A stretch of DNA of 64,000 nucleotides, taken from assembly GCA_964270895.1 (NCBI GenBank), contig OZ185438.1. One strand, written 5' to 3'. This document shows, in pieces, positions 25,207 through 50,500 of this stretch (positions within the stretch are counted from its first letter, which is position 1; every line of letters begins with the position of its first letter). Origin of the DNA: Podarcis filfolensis. Its lineage: Eukaryota. Below the pieces are notes generated by a model. The model did not search any database. It had not been told where the DNA came from and saw only the letters and a list, made by a program, of their open reading frames with translations. A program made the translations under genes and the position numbers.

Positions 25207-28200
25207 GTGGTGGTGGTGAGCTCAAGAGTTTTTAAAGGCCATTTTTGCTGAGGCTTTGAGTGAGGCACTTCAGCTATTTGAGCAGGAACAGAAATTCATG
25301 TGCAGAATTGTCTTATTGGTCCTTTTTTTGTTTTCGCATATTGTGCTGTTTCTAAGGGATATGGGGTTGTTCCTTTGTTTTAAGTACTAAGGAAAAAAGG
25401 ACGTGATAAAGGGAAGGGATGTACTGTAGTTTAGGTTTCCCTGGAAGCAAATTTCTTGGGTGAGATGGGGTTTTCCTCTGCCTTCAAAGGCTGAAAGCAC
25501 TTTATGAATAAGCAGTTCCTTCTGCCTGATAGGGTTACCAGCTTTGTCTGGCAGGGTTGTTTTCCTACCAGCAACTATGTGATAAGCAAAATTGCTTCAA
25601 GTGGAACTTTTTTCCTATCTGAATTTTCAGCCTGGGAAGAATTTCAGCCTTTAAACATCTGCTCACCATGGCAGCATTTAAAGACACAGAAGCCTTAATA
25701 CTAACTTTGTATTCTATGGTCCTGTTCCAGGAACTTCATTATTGAAACAGTTTCTCTTTTCCTGTAGAATACATTCCATTTCTAAGCTTATTTTAATCTC
25801 TCTTGTTTCTGCAGTTGAACCACTATAGTGCTATAGGCTAAGGATGGAGAGTTGGGGAATTGTCATTCACAAATGCACTAAGGCTACAATCCTAACCTCA
25901 CTTACCTGCAGAGTAAGCCCCATTGAATTCAGTCGGACTTACTTTTGAGTAGACATGGTTAGGATTGCTCTAAGTTATTAAAGCTCTGTGCAGACTCCAG
26001 CTCAGCTCCTCATCCACAGTGGGTCTGTGTTAGGATGAGACTGACCTACCAGGGGGGCAGGTTTACAGCAAATGCCTATTGACCATAAGGCATATGAAGC
26101 ACTTTGAATACTTGCTTATAATCCTTGTTTGTTAATAGAACTCCGTCACTAAAGTTGCCTGTACAGGTTTTTTTTTAAAAGTATTAGGAACAACCATATG
26201 CTGAATTGGTGTTAACTGAGTCATCAGTAGCTGAAACACAATGCAAGTTCAAAAATATTTTGGTATGTGCTTTGAAAATGACAGTCGAGTGGGGTGTCAG
26301 CATTGTTGACCCAAAGTGACATCAGAAAAGTTTAAAAGTGTCCCCTGGGTATATTTAACTGTATAATAACAACGAGGGCAGGAAAACCAAGTTAAGTGTG
26401 CAGTTAATGTACACATAACACAGATATGCTGCCCTCAAGGTTTTGTATCTTTCTGAAGTGTGATATGTGTACGAGAACCTAAATCTCCAGTTTTCCAGTA
26501 CTAAGAAGCAGATGGAAACTATGGAGCAGACTTTATGACATCCTATCTACCAGTAGCACATGTAACAAAATATTTTATTTTATTGTCTTCCTGCTGCTGT
26601 GTGACATCTGGTGCTTTATAAATTATGCTTCAAGGGAAACAGGTGTCCCAGATATTATTAATTAAGGTGGAGAGGCAGTACAGTTACAATTGACGCTGCA
26701 GTCCCCTGCATGCTTACCTGGGAATAAGCTCCATTGAACTTGGAGACTGTGGTGAATAAGCATGGTTAGACTGCATAGTGGAAATTCTATAGAGGGGAAA
26801 TGACTTCTCTCTCAAGCCAAAAAAGAGAGGTTGAAAAAAGCTGTTTCTTTGCTTGGTTAAAATAAACCTAAGTAGCTTCATGTATGTATACATATACATG
26901 TATCATCTCTATTTGTAGTGTAATGTGTCAACAACAAAAAAATAAAATAAAGAATTCTAATTATAATTATCTGTCCAATGCAGGAACATGTCATTCATTC
27001 AATGCTCAAGAGGTTTTAAAATTATTAAGTGGTTTATAAACACTTTAAAATAAAATATTCATATAATAATTAAAGGTTCCTCAGATTCTGTTAATATTAG
27101 CTATTTTTTTTTCAACCCCAGACATTTATTAACTACTGATATTCCAAATGTTAGACTAGTTCTTCCTTAATGTTCCAATTATGCATTCAAAATAAGTTTG
27201 ACATTCTGTTAAATTATCATATGTAGTGTAAATCACAGTAAATTAAATGTAACATTGCATCTACTGTGTTATGAATTTTCCAAGCATTCAGGTGCAACTG
27301 GTTGTGATGTTAAAACTTCTCATGCAAACAAACATAAAATTGCAGGTCTTTGGGTTTCAAAGCTACAAATGAATTTCCATATTACATCAGTCCATGTAAA
27401 TTTCACCATAGAACTTTAAACAAATGGATTCAGTCATACTCAAGATAATGTATAATTTTGAAAACTTTCCCTTTCTGCAGCAACCTAATAAAGTTGCTAA
27501 TTTTCATATATGAATTGGAGATGTAATTGTGTTAAATATTTGTCCTGACTTTTTAGTAATGACACTCAGTGTTGAACCTTTTCAGTGCAAAATAAGCAAG
27601 CAGCACATTCTTCATATGCATACCTTGCATACTGTGGTGTATATCTATGAAGAACAAATCAGGTGATAGATGCTGTTTCTATTCTGCATGAAAGCTTTCC
27701 TGTTATACCAATTCTTCCATGAGGAGTTCCCTTTAATTTAATTCCTGAGCCTTCTACTGACCACCAGAAAACTGCCTTAAAAGTCCTTTTATAAGTTAGC
27801 ACTATTTGGAACACTTCCACATACCTGTTCTGGTACTTGATGTTTAAAGCCCTGCTCCTGCCTGAATGGCATGTTATAGCCACACAGCCTCATATCTAAA
27901 TAGAATATTGCTTCAAAAAGCACTTTTAGAAAGCATGAAGGCGAGTGTGCTAAACAATACCTTAAATGAAAAAAAGAGATCTCTGTGCCATTAACTACAG
28001 CAGGTTAATGGCTATCTGATTCAATGTGCTCTTCCCTCCCCCCTTCCCTGAAAATGATGTAAAAACTGTTCGGATACATGCTCTGTCTAGCTGTAAGTAC
28101 TTGATGGGAAAAATCTAGTTCTTCTGAAAAGGGTGCTAAAGAAAGTGGTTTTCTTCTGGTTGAAATAAGTTCAGACCTTATGACCTGCCACGCCATGTTA

Positions 28201-31079
28201 TCTGCTACTAAAAATGGTTGGTGCACCAGCTGGGGAGGCATGATACGCTAAGTGAGCACTGAGTTCATAACACTTCTGGTCCAGGGTAACCTAGCCTTGA
28301 ACTGAGACATCTTTTGGGTATTTGATTTCAACGTAATTGATACCACTTGGTCAGATGAGCCAGAAATGTACAATTGCCAGCAAATAGAATTGTGGTTTTT
28401 TTGTTAAATAAATACAGAATATTTTATCTTGCTACCTAGTAATGAGAGTACATGCTGGTATGGTGTGGATTTCTTGATATTGTAGTCAGTGTGTTGAGAA
28501 TACTTAGGTGCTTCATCAGAGTTGCAGGAAATCCATCTGTGTGCTGTTTGAGAACCAGCTTGGGATGTGATATTATTTTTAAAAAGTTATTGGAAGTTAC
28601 CAGCATCAGCTTTGCATATATTCCTTATTTCTGTGAATTAATTGTTTTAACTGTTTTTAATATTGAGCTTTAAATTATCGTAACTCATTTGGGACCTGAT
28701 GGTGAAGGACGTGTAATAAATTGAATATATAACAATAAATACTATAATAATTCTAGTGATGGACACCCACCTGCTGTTTCAGTTGCTTCAGCAAACCTCT
28801 TTCAATGCTTTTTCTGCTCCTTTTAACTTCCACAGGGACAGGTACTTTATTTAACTCTAAACTAACAAAGCTATTGCCTGCCAAGAGTGCCTGCTCTTCG
28901 TTGCTCTATGTACGCCTTCCTCCTCACAGAAGCCATAAGAGACCATTTGGTAACAGCTCTCCAAGGTTTCAGGCAGGATAGGAGCCTTTCCCAGACTTAC
29001 ATGGGTTTACCAGGGATTATATCTGCAACCCTTTTTTATGGTACATGAACCATTTTGGCTCTCCCCTGTTAATCTGGAACAATCTTGCTACAGCTTGAAA
29101 AGGCTCTATGGTGACTTTGAGAGTTGTATGTAGTCCAAGTCTTTGGTGGAATTGTTGTAGTACAGTATTGGAATTTCCCTGGCCTGTTCACTATATGAAT
29201 TTAAAAGCTGCATGACTGGAAAAGGATCATTACTGAGTAATTTAAAGGTGGTACTAGTGTTATTTTGATTTTTTACTTCCAGGCATGTAATCTTGTGCCA
29301 CTTAATCATTTCACTGGTTTGGCTTTAATTTATACTTCCTTGTATGTTCTTTTGTAAATTGAAGCTATATAGTTAGAACTATAAATTACTGACCTGAATA
29401 CATGTTGCTGACTCAAAAGGGAAGTATCTAGAAAGATCTCAACAAACAAACTTGGTGATGACTGTATTCATGATAAATAATAAGCTTGTGTACACTGTAA
29501 GTTGAGAAGCTTTCCCAGCTTGTTTATTGGTTTTTGTAGGAAACAGAAAGTTTGCATCACATTACTTTTTCTCTCCTTTAGTGCAACATAGTTGACATGA
29601 GAAGAATACATGGGGTTCAGTTCAAACTAGCAATGCAACTCAGTGCTCAGAAGTAGGTAGGATTTAAGCTTAAAATCAGTGGGACTAAAATTTGACTGAT
29701 ATGCTGTGATTCTATACACTAGTGGTGGGGAATCTTTTTTCTATATATATGGGGGGCGGCGGAAATCAGCTGGAGGCTAGAGCTGATGGTAGGCTGGCTG
29801 CAGTGGAAGGAAGAGAAATTGAAAACTACTGGGAAAAAGATGGGATGGAGGATTCTGGAAAATGGCGTGAATGGTTAGGGAACCTGAACAGAAGAACTTC
29901 ACAGCACAGCATTTTGTGACAGATCCCCTTTGCAATTTAATAAAAAAATAATTAAGGCTGGAAACACAGATATTTTTGAAATGTAGACTCCACAACACAA
30001 AAAGGTATGTGTGCTTCTCTATCATGCACATGGGTAGGTAGGTGTCTGTTAAAAGGGGTCAGTCCAGTAGCATACTTAAGCCAGTGCTGCACTTGGGGCT
30101 AATTTTGGAGGGGAGATGTTTGGTTCCTTTAGGCTATAGTCTGTCCCTTCATAGTATATCATGCATGCTCAGGGTAAGAGTAAATTTGTTGTTACATTTG
30201 AATGGCTGTCAAAAAAAGCACAAGCATAGTGAAAGAGCAGGAACACATATATAGATGACTAACCAACTGGTGTTCAGGGCAAATAAATTATGGCTATGTT
30301 CTTAAACAATTTATGTAAAGTGTTATTTGTTCAAGGCGTTGGAATTTCACCCATTTAACAAAAGGAATGGCGTGAGTTTTGCCTTTTAGGCTGTATAATT
30401 TATAATTCCTGAATCAGCAAGGATTCAGTTGTTGAACTAGCCAGACCACCTTCTTGGTAATGGCCACCTAAATATGAGTTGTTATGAGTTGTTAAGGTAA
30501 CAGAGGAAGTGGCTCTGTGCCAGAGAGCAGGTGGGTAGGGGCCTGCTATAATTGGTTGTTAGACGGACAAAAGCCAGAGTTGAGGTGTGTAAGAGCTGGA
30601 AGCTAGAAGCAGGTTGCTGGCAGAAATAATAATAATGATCACAACAACAACAGCAACAAATATAATTAATAATTAATAATTCATACCCCACCCAACCACT
30701 TTAGGTGGCTTCCAGCAAATATAAAAACATAATAATGGACAATTAATGGACATTTGAAAGAGGCTGCCTCAATACTTTATTATTACAGTATAACAAAGTT
30801 GGATTGATGGGTAAAGTGTGAGTGTCCTCTGCAGGAGTGAATTGTAAGGCATTGCAGTACCATCCTGTAATGTCTACTGAGATGTAAGCCTTATTGAGTT
30901 CAGTAGGACTTAGGACTTACTCCCAGGCAGAGTGAGTGTGTGTGTGCGTGTCTGTGTCTGTGGATTGTAACCACAGTTACTTGCTTCAAAACTTTAGTGC
31001 ATCTTATAATTGAGAAAGTAAATTTCTCTGTTTATAGGTTTGTCTGAAACTTGCAAAAGACGAATTGCTGAAAATCAAG

Positions 31080-45041
<13,962 letters not shown>

Positions 45042-46420
45042 TGATATTCAGCCATACCCCCCTGCCCTCCATGAAATGAACGGTGCCCCTGATGTATCTG
45101 ATTGCTCCCAATGGCTTTCTTGGTCTTCATCATTCCTGTACTAAGCGACTCTTAGGACCTAAACACTTGATAATTCTGAATGCTTGCAAAGTATTTGGGG
45201 CCATTTGCACTGTGAATGTCTTAATATCAAGCGGTGTAGGTTGAACAAGATTCTCTTTCCTTCAGTGTAGGTGCCCCTGGTCACTATCACTCCCTTATCA
45301 AGTTGCTAAACTTTTCTTCGTTTTGGAGGATTCCCAGCCAGTTGTTTTTTTTTTTAGTTTCATTATAAATCATATTTATAAATTGCTGTTACTGCTGTCT
45401 TTGGAATAGCACAGCATCTTGTTTATTTTCTTGGTTTTATTTTAACTTTTAATATATTATTATCTGTGAATATCTGGGCTGCTGGCTAGCCCAGTTTTTC
45501 AAGATTGAGGGTAAATGTCTTACTGTAACATATGAAGAGACCTTCTCCAATACTCCAGTACTACTGAGAGATGAATAATACTTTTCCATTATCTCCTGGT
45601 CAGGTACCTTTACTTCCTTTGTCTAGGTATTATACTGATTCTGAAATCAGGTCTTTGTTCAGGTTTATACTGAATTCCTCCCCTCCTTCAGATATCAAAA
45701 TTAGAGTTTGGTTCAGAAAATGGGAAAACCTTGAATTTTATTTTGTTAGAATATTCCCAGGTCGTATCTGATGCAGAAAAGATAAAACTACTACTGAGCC
45801 TAAGTAAACAACCAACTGGATATGTTGTTTACTTATGTGCTTACTCATGTTTAGAGCCTGCAGACAGTAGCTAGGGAACAATTCAACAGTTTTTCCCAAT
45901 CTCTTTCCTGAGAAAGCCTAAATACGCTCTCGTGAATATTTATTACATGCGGTTTGCTGCTGTTAACCCACATGCTAATGGAAAAGTAACCACTTAATCT
46001 TACAGCTACCTCATTTTGTAAGAGAGCAGCAACATTTATCTATTAAGCAGGGATTTTTTTACAATTAAGATTTACAATTTTAATAATGAATTCAGAAATA
46101 AACTTAAATATGGAATGTGTAACAGCAATAAAATCTGGCAAACTGGGGATTTCTTCTGATTCTCATGGACTGAAATTACTAAACGGCTGCTATTGAATTG
46201 CACTTTTTTTTTTTAAAAAAAGTGCCTGTTACCACAGCAACTTTCATTTCAGGGTTTGCCGATAAAGTTGGGTAGTAATGAGCCACTCAAATCATTATTT
46301 AAAGGAGACATACTGATAATACTATGAATATAAATCTTGCTGAATCGTTAAATAGTTGTGCCACTATTTTAAGTAGCAAATATTTCTTTACTTCAAAATT
46401 GAAATACAACATGTATCTTA

Positions 46421-46450
46421 TGTACAAATAAATAATTTTTTTACTCTCTT
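46421..46450 (+). terminator. TMPRSS2: Probable TMPRSS2 poly(A) site
   Basis: TGTA (46421), AATAAA (46427-46432), U-rich downstream; implies a 3' UTR of ~1.4 kb. Other AATAAA near 46096 and 46127 are alternatives. Confidence 0.55.
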
Positions 46451-46718
46451 AACCTTTTGGCTAATTAATATTTCTTGTGTTTCTTGTGATAGTAGGAGCA
46501 TTAGCAAAAATGGGCACCTACAACTGGAGAATATTTGGGCTTCAAACATCCTTTTCACACTGTCCTTGCTGGATGAAGCTGATGGGAATGAGACAGCATT
46601 TCTATGGCCACTTTCCCTGAAAATGTAAATTAAGGAAGATTAACTGCAGAACAGACTTTCCCCCACAACAGTAACAATGTTTTCCATTACTCAAAAATGT
46701 TGTCTATTGAAGATACTA

Positions 46719-46918
46719 CAGTCGTACCTTGGAAGTCGAATGGAATCCGTTCTGGAGCTCCATTTGACTTCGAAAACATTTGGAAACCAAAGCACGGCTT
46801 CAGATTGGCTGCAGGAGCTTCCCAGCAGCCAATCGGAAGCCCCATTGAATGTTCGGCTTTCGAAAACTGAAACACTCACTTTTGGGAACCGATTTGTTTG
46901 GGATCCAAGGTATGACTG
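46719..46918. mobile_element. TcMar-Tigger-type MITE
   Basis: CAGTCGTACCTTGG ... CCAAGGTATGACTG. Confidence 0.8.
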
Positions 46919-47379
46919 ACTATATTCATACTTGAAATCTTGTTTTGGATCTTTAGCATGACATGAATTAGGATGGTACATTCTGGCCAAGCAATCTGTG
47001 ACCCCCTCACATATTTCCCATCAGCCACAGAGCATGGCTAATGGTGATTATAGGAGTGGTAGTCGTAAACATCTGGAGGGGCAGAGGCTGCCTAACAGGG
47101 TAGAATGGTAAAAACCTTTCCTGCATCATTGTTTTTAAAACACAAGCTTCAAACAGGAACCTCCAGCATCAGCGCAAGCTCGGTGGAAATACAGCAGAAG
47201 ATGCCTTAGGAGATTGAACAGCGACCACCACTATAAAGGAGCCTGTAGCGGAAGGAAAGATTAAAATGCTTTTTTAAAAAAGCATCTTAAACATGGCACT
47301 TATTTTGAAGCCTGTGGGAAAAAATTGAAGAGTTCCTGACGGTGGTGCTTGAGAATTATGACAGAACCAGACAAGACGC

Positions 47380-47418
47380 ATAAAATGAAGTTTCTCCCCC
47401 TTTTATTGTACAATAAAA
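47380..47418 (-). terminator. Poly(A) site of the truncated Mx paralogue
   Basis: Minus strand reads TGTAC-AATAAA (47407-47402), then GU/U-rich TGCGTCTTGTCTGGTTCTGTC; ~70 nt after the stop codon. Confidence 0.7.
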
Positions 47419-47475
47419 AAATACAACAGAGCCAACTGGAGACACTACTGCCCTACACATGAACACCAAATTCCG

Positions 47476-47574
47476 CTACCATTTAAGAAGCACTGGTAAA
47501 ATAAAAGTGTGTGCCTGCTGCCAGAAAGTTTGGAGTTGAAATCTTATTTGCTGTTCTAAAGTGGGCAAAGATTT
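47476..47574 (-). CDS. MX1: Truncated Mx terminal exon
   Basis: Acceptor CTTTTTTCCTTTTAG|; [16 protein letters not shown] (Mx-like) then [16 protein letters not shown]-stop (non-Mx). Confidence 0.85.
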   Translation of the reverse strand, partial: KSLPTLEQQIRFQLQTFWQQAHTFILPVLLKW

Positions 47575-50500
47575 CTAAAAGGAAAAAAGAAAGAAAGAAA
47601 AGATGTATATGGTGCTGGGGGAAAAAACTTGTAATGAGTAAAGAAACAAACTTTGGGGTTGATGTTTCATTGTTGCTGTTTTTAAAGTGTCATTTTGCTA
47701 ACTTACGGAAATGTGTTCCACAAGCTCGCTTGTCAGTTTCTCGGCTAGTAAGGGGACTGTGGCTTTTTTTTCCTGTAGAAGGATACTGTATGGGAACAAA
47801 GAAAATGTTTACTAGAAAATCTGATGCTAACAATTGCAGTTAAACTCACTGATGTTTTTAGTGTTGCATTACGTTTTACACAATATTACTTTGCTTCCTG
47901 TGAAAAGTGTGGTTTATAAATATTTAATAATAATAACAATAATAATAACAATAATAATAATTTATACCCTGCTCATCCGGCTTAGTTTCTCCAGCCACTC
48001 TGGGTGGCTCCCAATCGAGTATTAAAAACAATACAGCATTAAATATTAAAAGCTTCCCTAAACAGGGCTGCCTTCAGATGTCTTTTAAAAATAGGATAGT
48101 TGCTTATTTCCTTGACATCTGATGGGAGGGCATTCCACAGAGCAGTCGCCACTACTGAGATGGCCCTTTGTCTGGTTCCCTGTAACCTCACTTCTCGCAA
48201 TAAGGGAACCGCCAGAAGGCCCTCAGCGCTGGACCTCAGTGTCCAGGCTGAACGATGGAGGTGGAGATGCTCCTTCAGGTACATAGGACCGAGGCCGTTT
48301 AAGTAACTGTAATTATACTATTATCTTAAAAATCACTCTCTAGTCTATGAGTACCTAAAGCATTTATGTTTCTCGAAAAATGCTCTCTCTTCCTTGAGTG
48401 CAGAGGCCAAGGTCATGTTGGACTGGATATCTTGCTGCCCACGACATTTCACAATCATATATCCCTTTTTCAAGGGAATGACTTGGTTTCTCACTATGTT
48501 CACAACTGTCCCCTCAGTTCCTCTGTCCATCAGGTCAGGCTTTGTCACGATCCCTTGGGATGAAATATGGAAAGACATTAGGAAAAAACCCAACATAATA
48601 CAAAATGGCAAAGGTGACGCACAATTGAAGGACTGTTCACACTTGTATAGAAATCATCTTGTCTGCATTGGCAAAATCAAGGGCTCAAAAACCATCATGC
48701 AGGCCAAAGAGTTCTACTTTCTTGCAGTGGAATTAAGCAAAATATTATGTCTTTGAACCAGGGCCAACTGAAACATTATGGAGAAACCACCACTTCCCCT
48801 GAATTCCCTAAGCTAACTTTCAGGTACGATGAAGTATGTTGTCGCATTGCCAGTGCTGAATAAAGTCCAGCTGCCACTCAAGCAAAACTCCCTATATAGA
48901 ACTGGGGACCTTTGGCTTGTCTTCATGATGAGGAAAAAAGGAAACACATGTTTTCATGTGGGTTAGTGAGATAAATAAAGAATACTTAAGGAACTAAACA
49001 AATAGTGACCATGAACCATTTAAAGCAACAACAACCTACAAATACCGACATTCCGGGATCTGAAAAGCACGTTCTCATTTCAACAGTGCAAGATTATCAA
49101 AGTTAAGGAGAATTATTTTGCCTCCTTACCAAGCGTTCTCTCTCCATTTGGATCCACCTCCTGGGCCATTTTCAGTGCCTCTGTTGTGGCAATATCAACA
49201 TTACTTGGAACCACCACTAAATTTATTGTCTCTTGTTTATCAATAAATGTTTTAATCAGCTTTTTGATCTGCAATGAAGGCAAACAGAACTGCTGTTAGA
49301 GCTACTGTATAGTTATTTCACTGTTTGATAGAAAGTTGCCTAGGCCAAGTTGAAGCTAGTACAGGAATCAAGGCAGGATAATATACTGGGCAAGCTGCAA
49401 GGCTGAAAGAGGACTGGGGTTGCCAGTTTAGGGGGTAGGCAGAAAGCACCAGGACTGGGAGCTTGCAAGAAGCAGCAGGAAAGGAGCAGAAACCTAGTAA
49501 GGAATGCAGTACACTTATCTTGGGCAAGATATTTAGTGTTTTACCTGATCTCCAATATTTACTGGCTGATTACCCACAGCCACTCTTGCAATCCCTGGCA
49601 GATCAATCAGAGTCAAGTCTGGAACTTCAGGAGATCTAATTTCAAGGGTAATTAGTTTATCACTAATGGCCACTCCATCACCAGCTATTATGTTCTGAGC
49701 TGGAATGAAGAAACAAGAAAAAGTTTAACATCAACATTTCAGAATATCATGTCACAGGACTGGCAGCCTCTTCTGGCTACCATTTGTTATACAACACAGG
49801 TGCTAAACTTGGAAGGAAGAAAAACTCTTTAGAAAATCAGTACAGTGATATCTCAGGATGTGAACGGGATCCGTTCCGGAGCCCCGTTCACATCCTGAAG
49901 CAAATGCAACCCGTGACTGCGCATGCCACGATTCGCCGCTTCCGCGCATCCGTGTGACGTCATTTTGACTGCGCATGCGCGAGCGGCGAAACCCAGAAGT
50001 AGCGCATTACGTTACTTCTGGGTCGCCGCGGAGCACAACCCAAAAGCACTCAACCTGAGGCAACTTCAACCCGAGGTATGACTGTATCTTCTTATAATTA
50101 ATGAAGTTCTGAGACTGGAAAGGTTAATATGGCTATGTTTATCAAACAGTGTTAACGGAACGGTTATAAATTTTCTTGTAAAAGTTAATTCTGGTTTCCA
50201 ATGGTGCAGTTTTATTTTCAAGGGCTGTTGGTTTTTTGCATACAGAAGGTCCCATGGTTCAATCTCTGAACCATCTCCAGGGAGACAAGAGCTGGGGGAA
50301 ACATCTCTGCCTGAATCTTCTAAATAGCAGCTGCCAATCATTGCAGACCTGGGACCCCTTCATGGGGCATCTGTGACACCACAATGCCCACAAGACTCTC
50401 CCCCCCAACCTAAAAAAAACCCAACCTGCTGGAGGACAGCAATTGGGAAAGCTGGGAAAGGTTAGAAGAATACTATAGAAGCCACGTAAGAGCCATCATT

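Noticed and set aside
27659-28241. Two protein-looking minus ORFs in TMPRSS2 intron 1 (74 and 78 aa), one with RYVEVF reminiscent of hnRNP F/H
   Set aside because: Too short, with no extended similarity I can recognise and no convincing splice structure.
47130-47250. Minus-strand FNLLRHLLLYFHRA resembling the Mx pre-GED segment, with an acceptor-like site
   Set aside because: The similarity is only a few residues, there is no donor where the real exon ends, and it lies downstream of the stop and poly(A) site. Probably chance.
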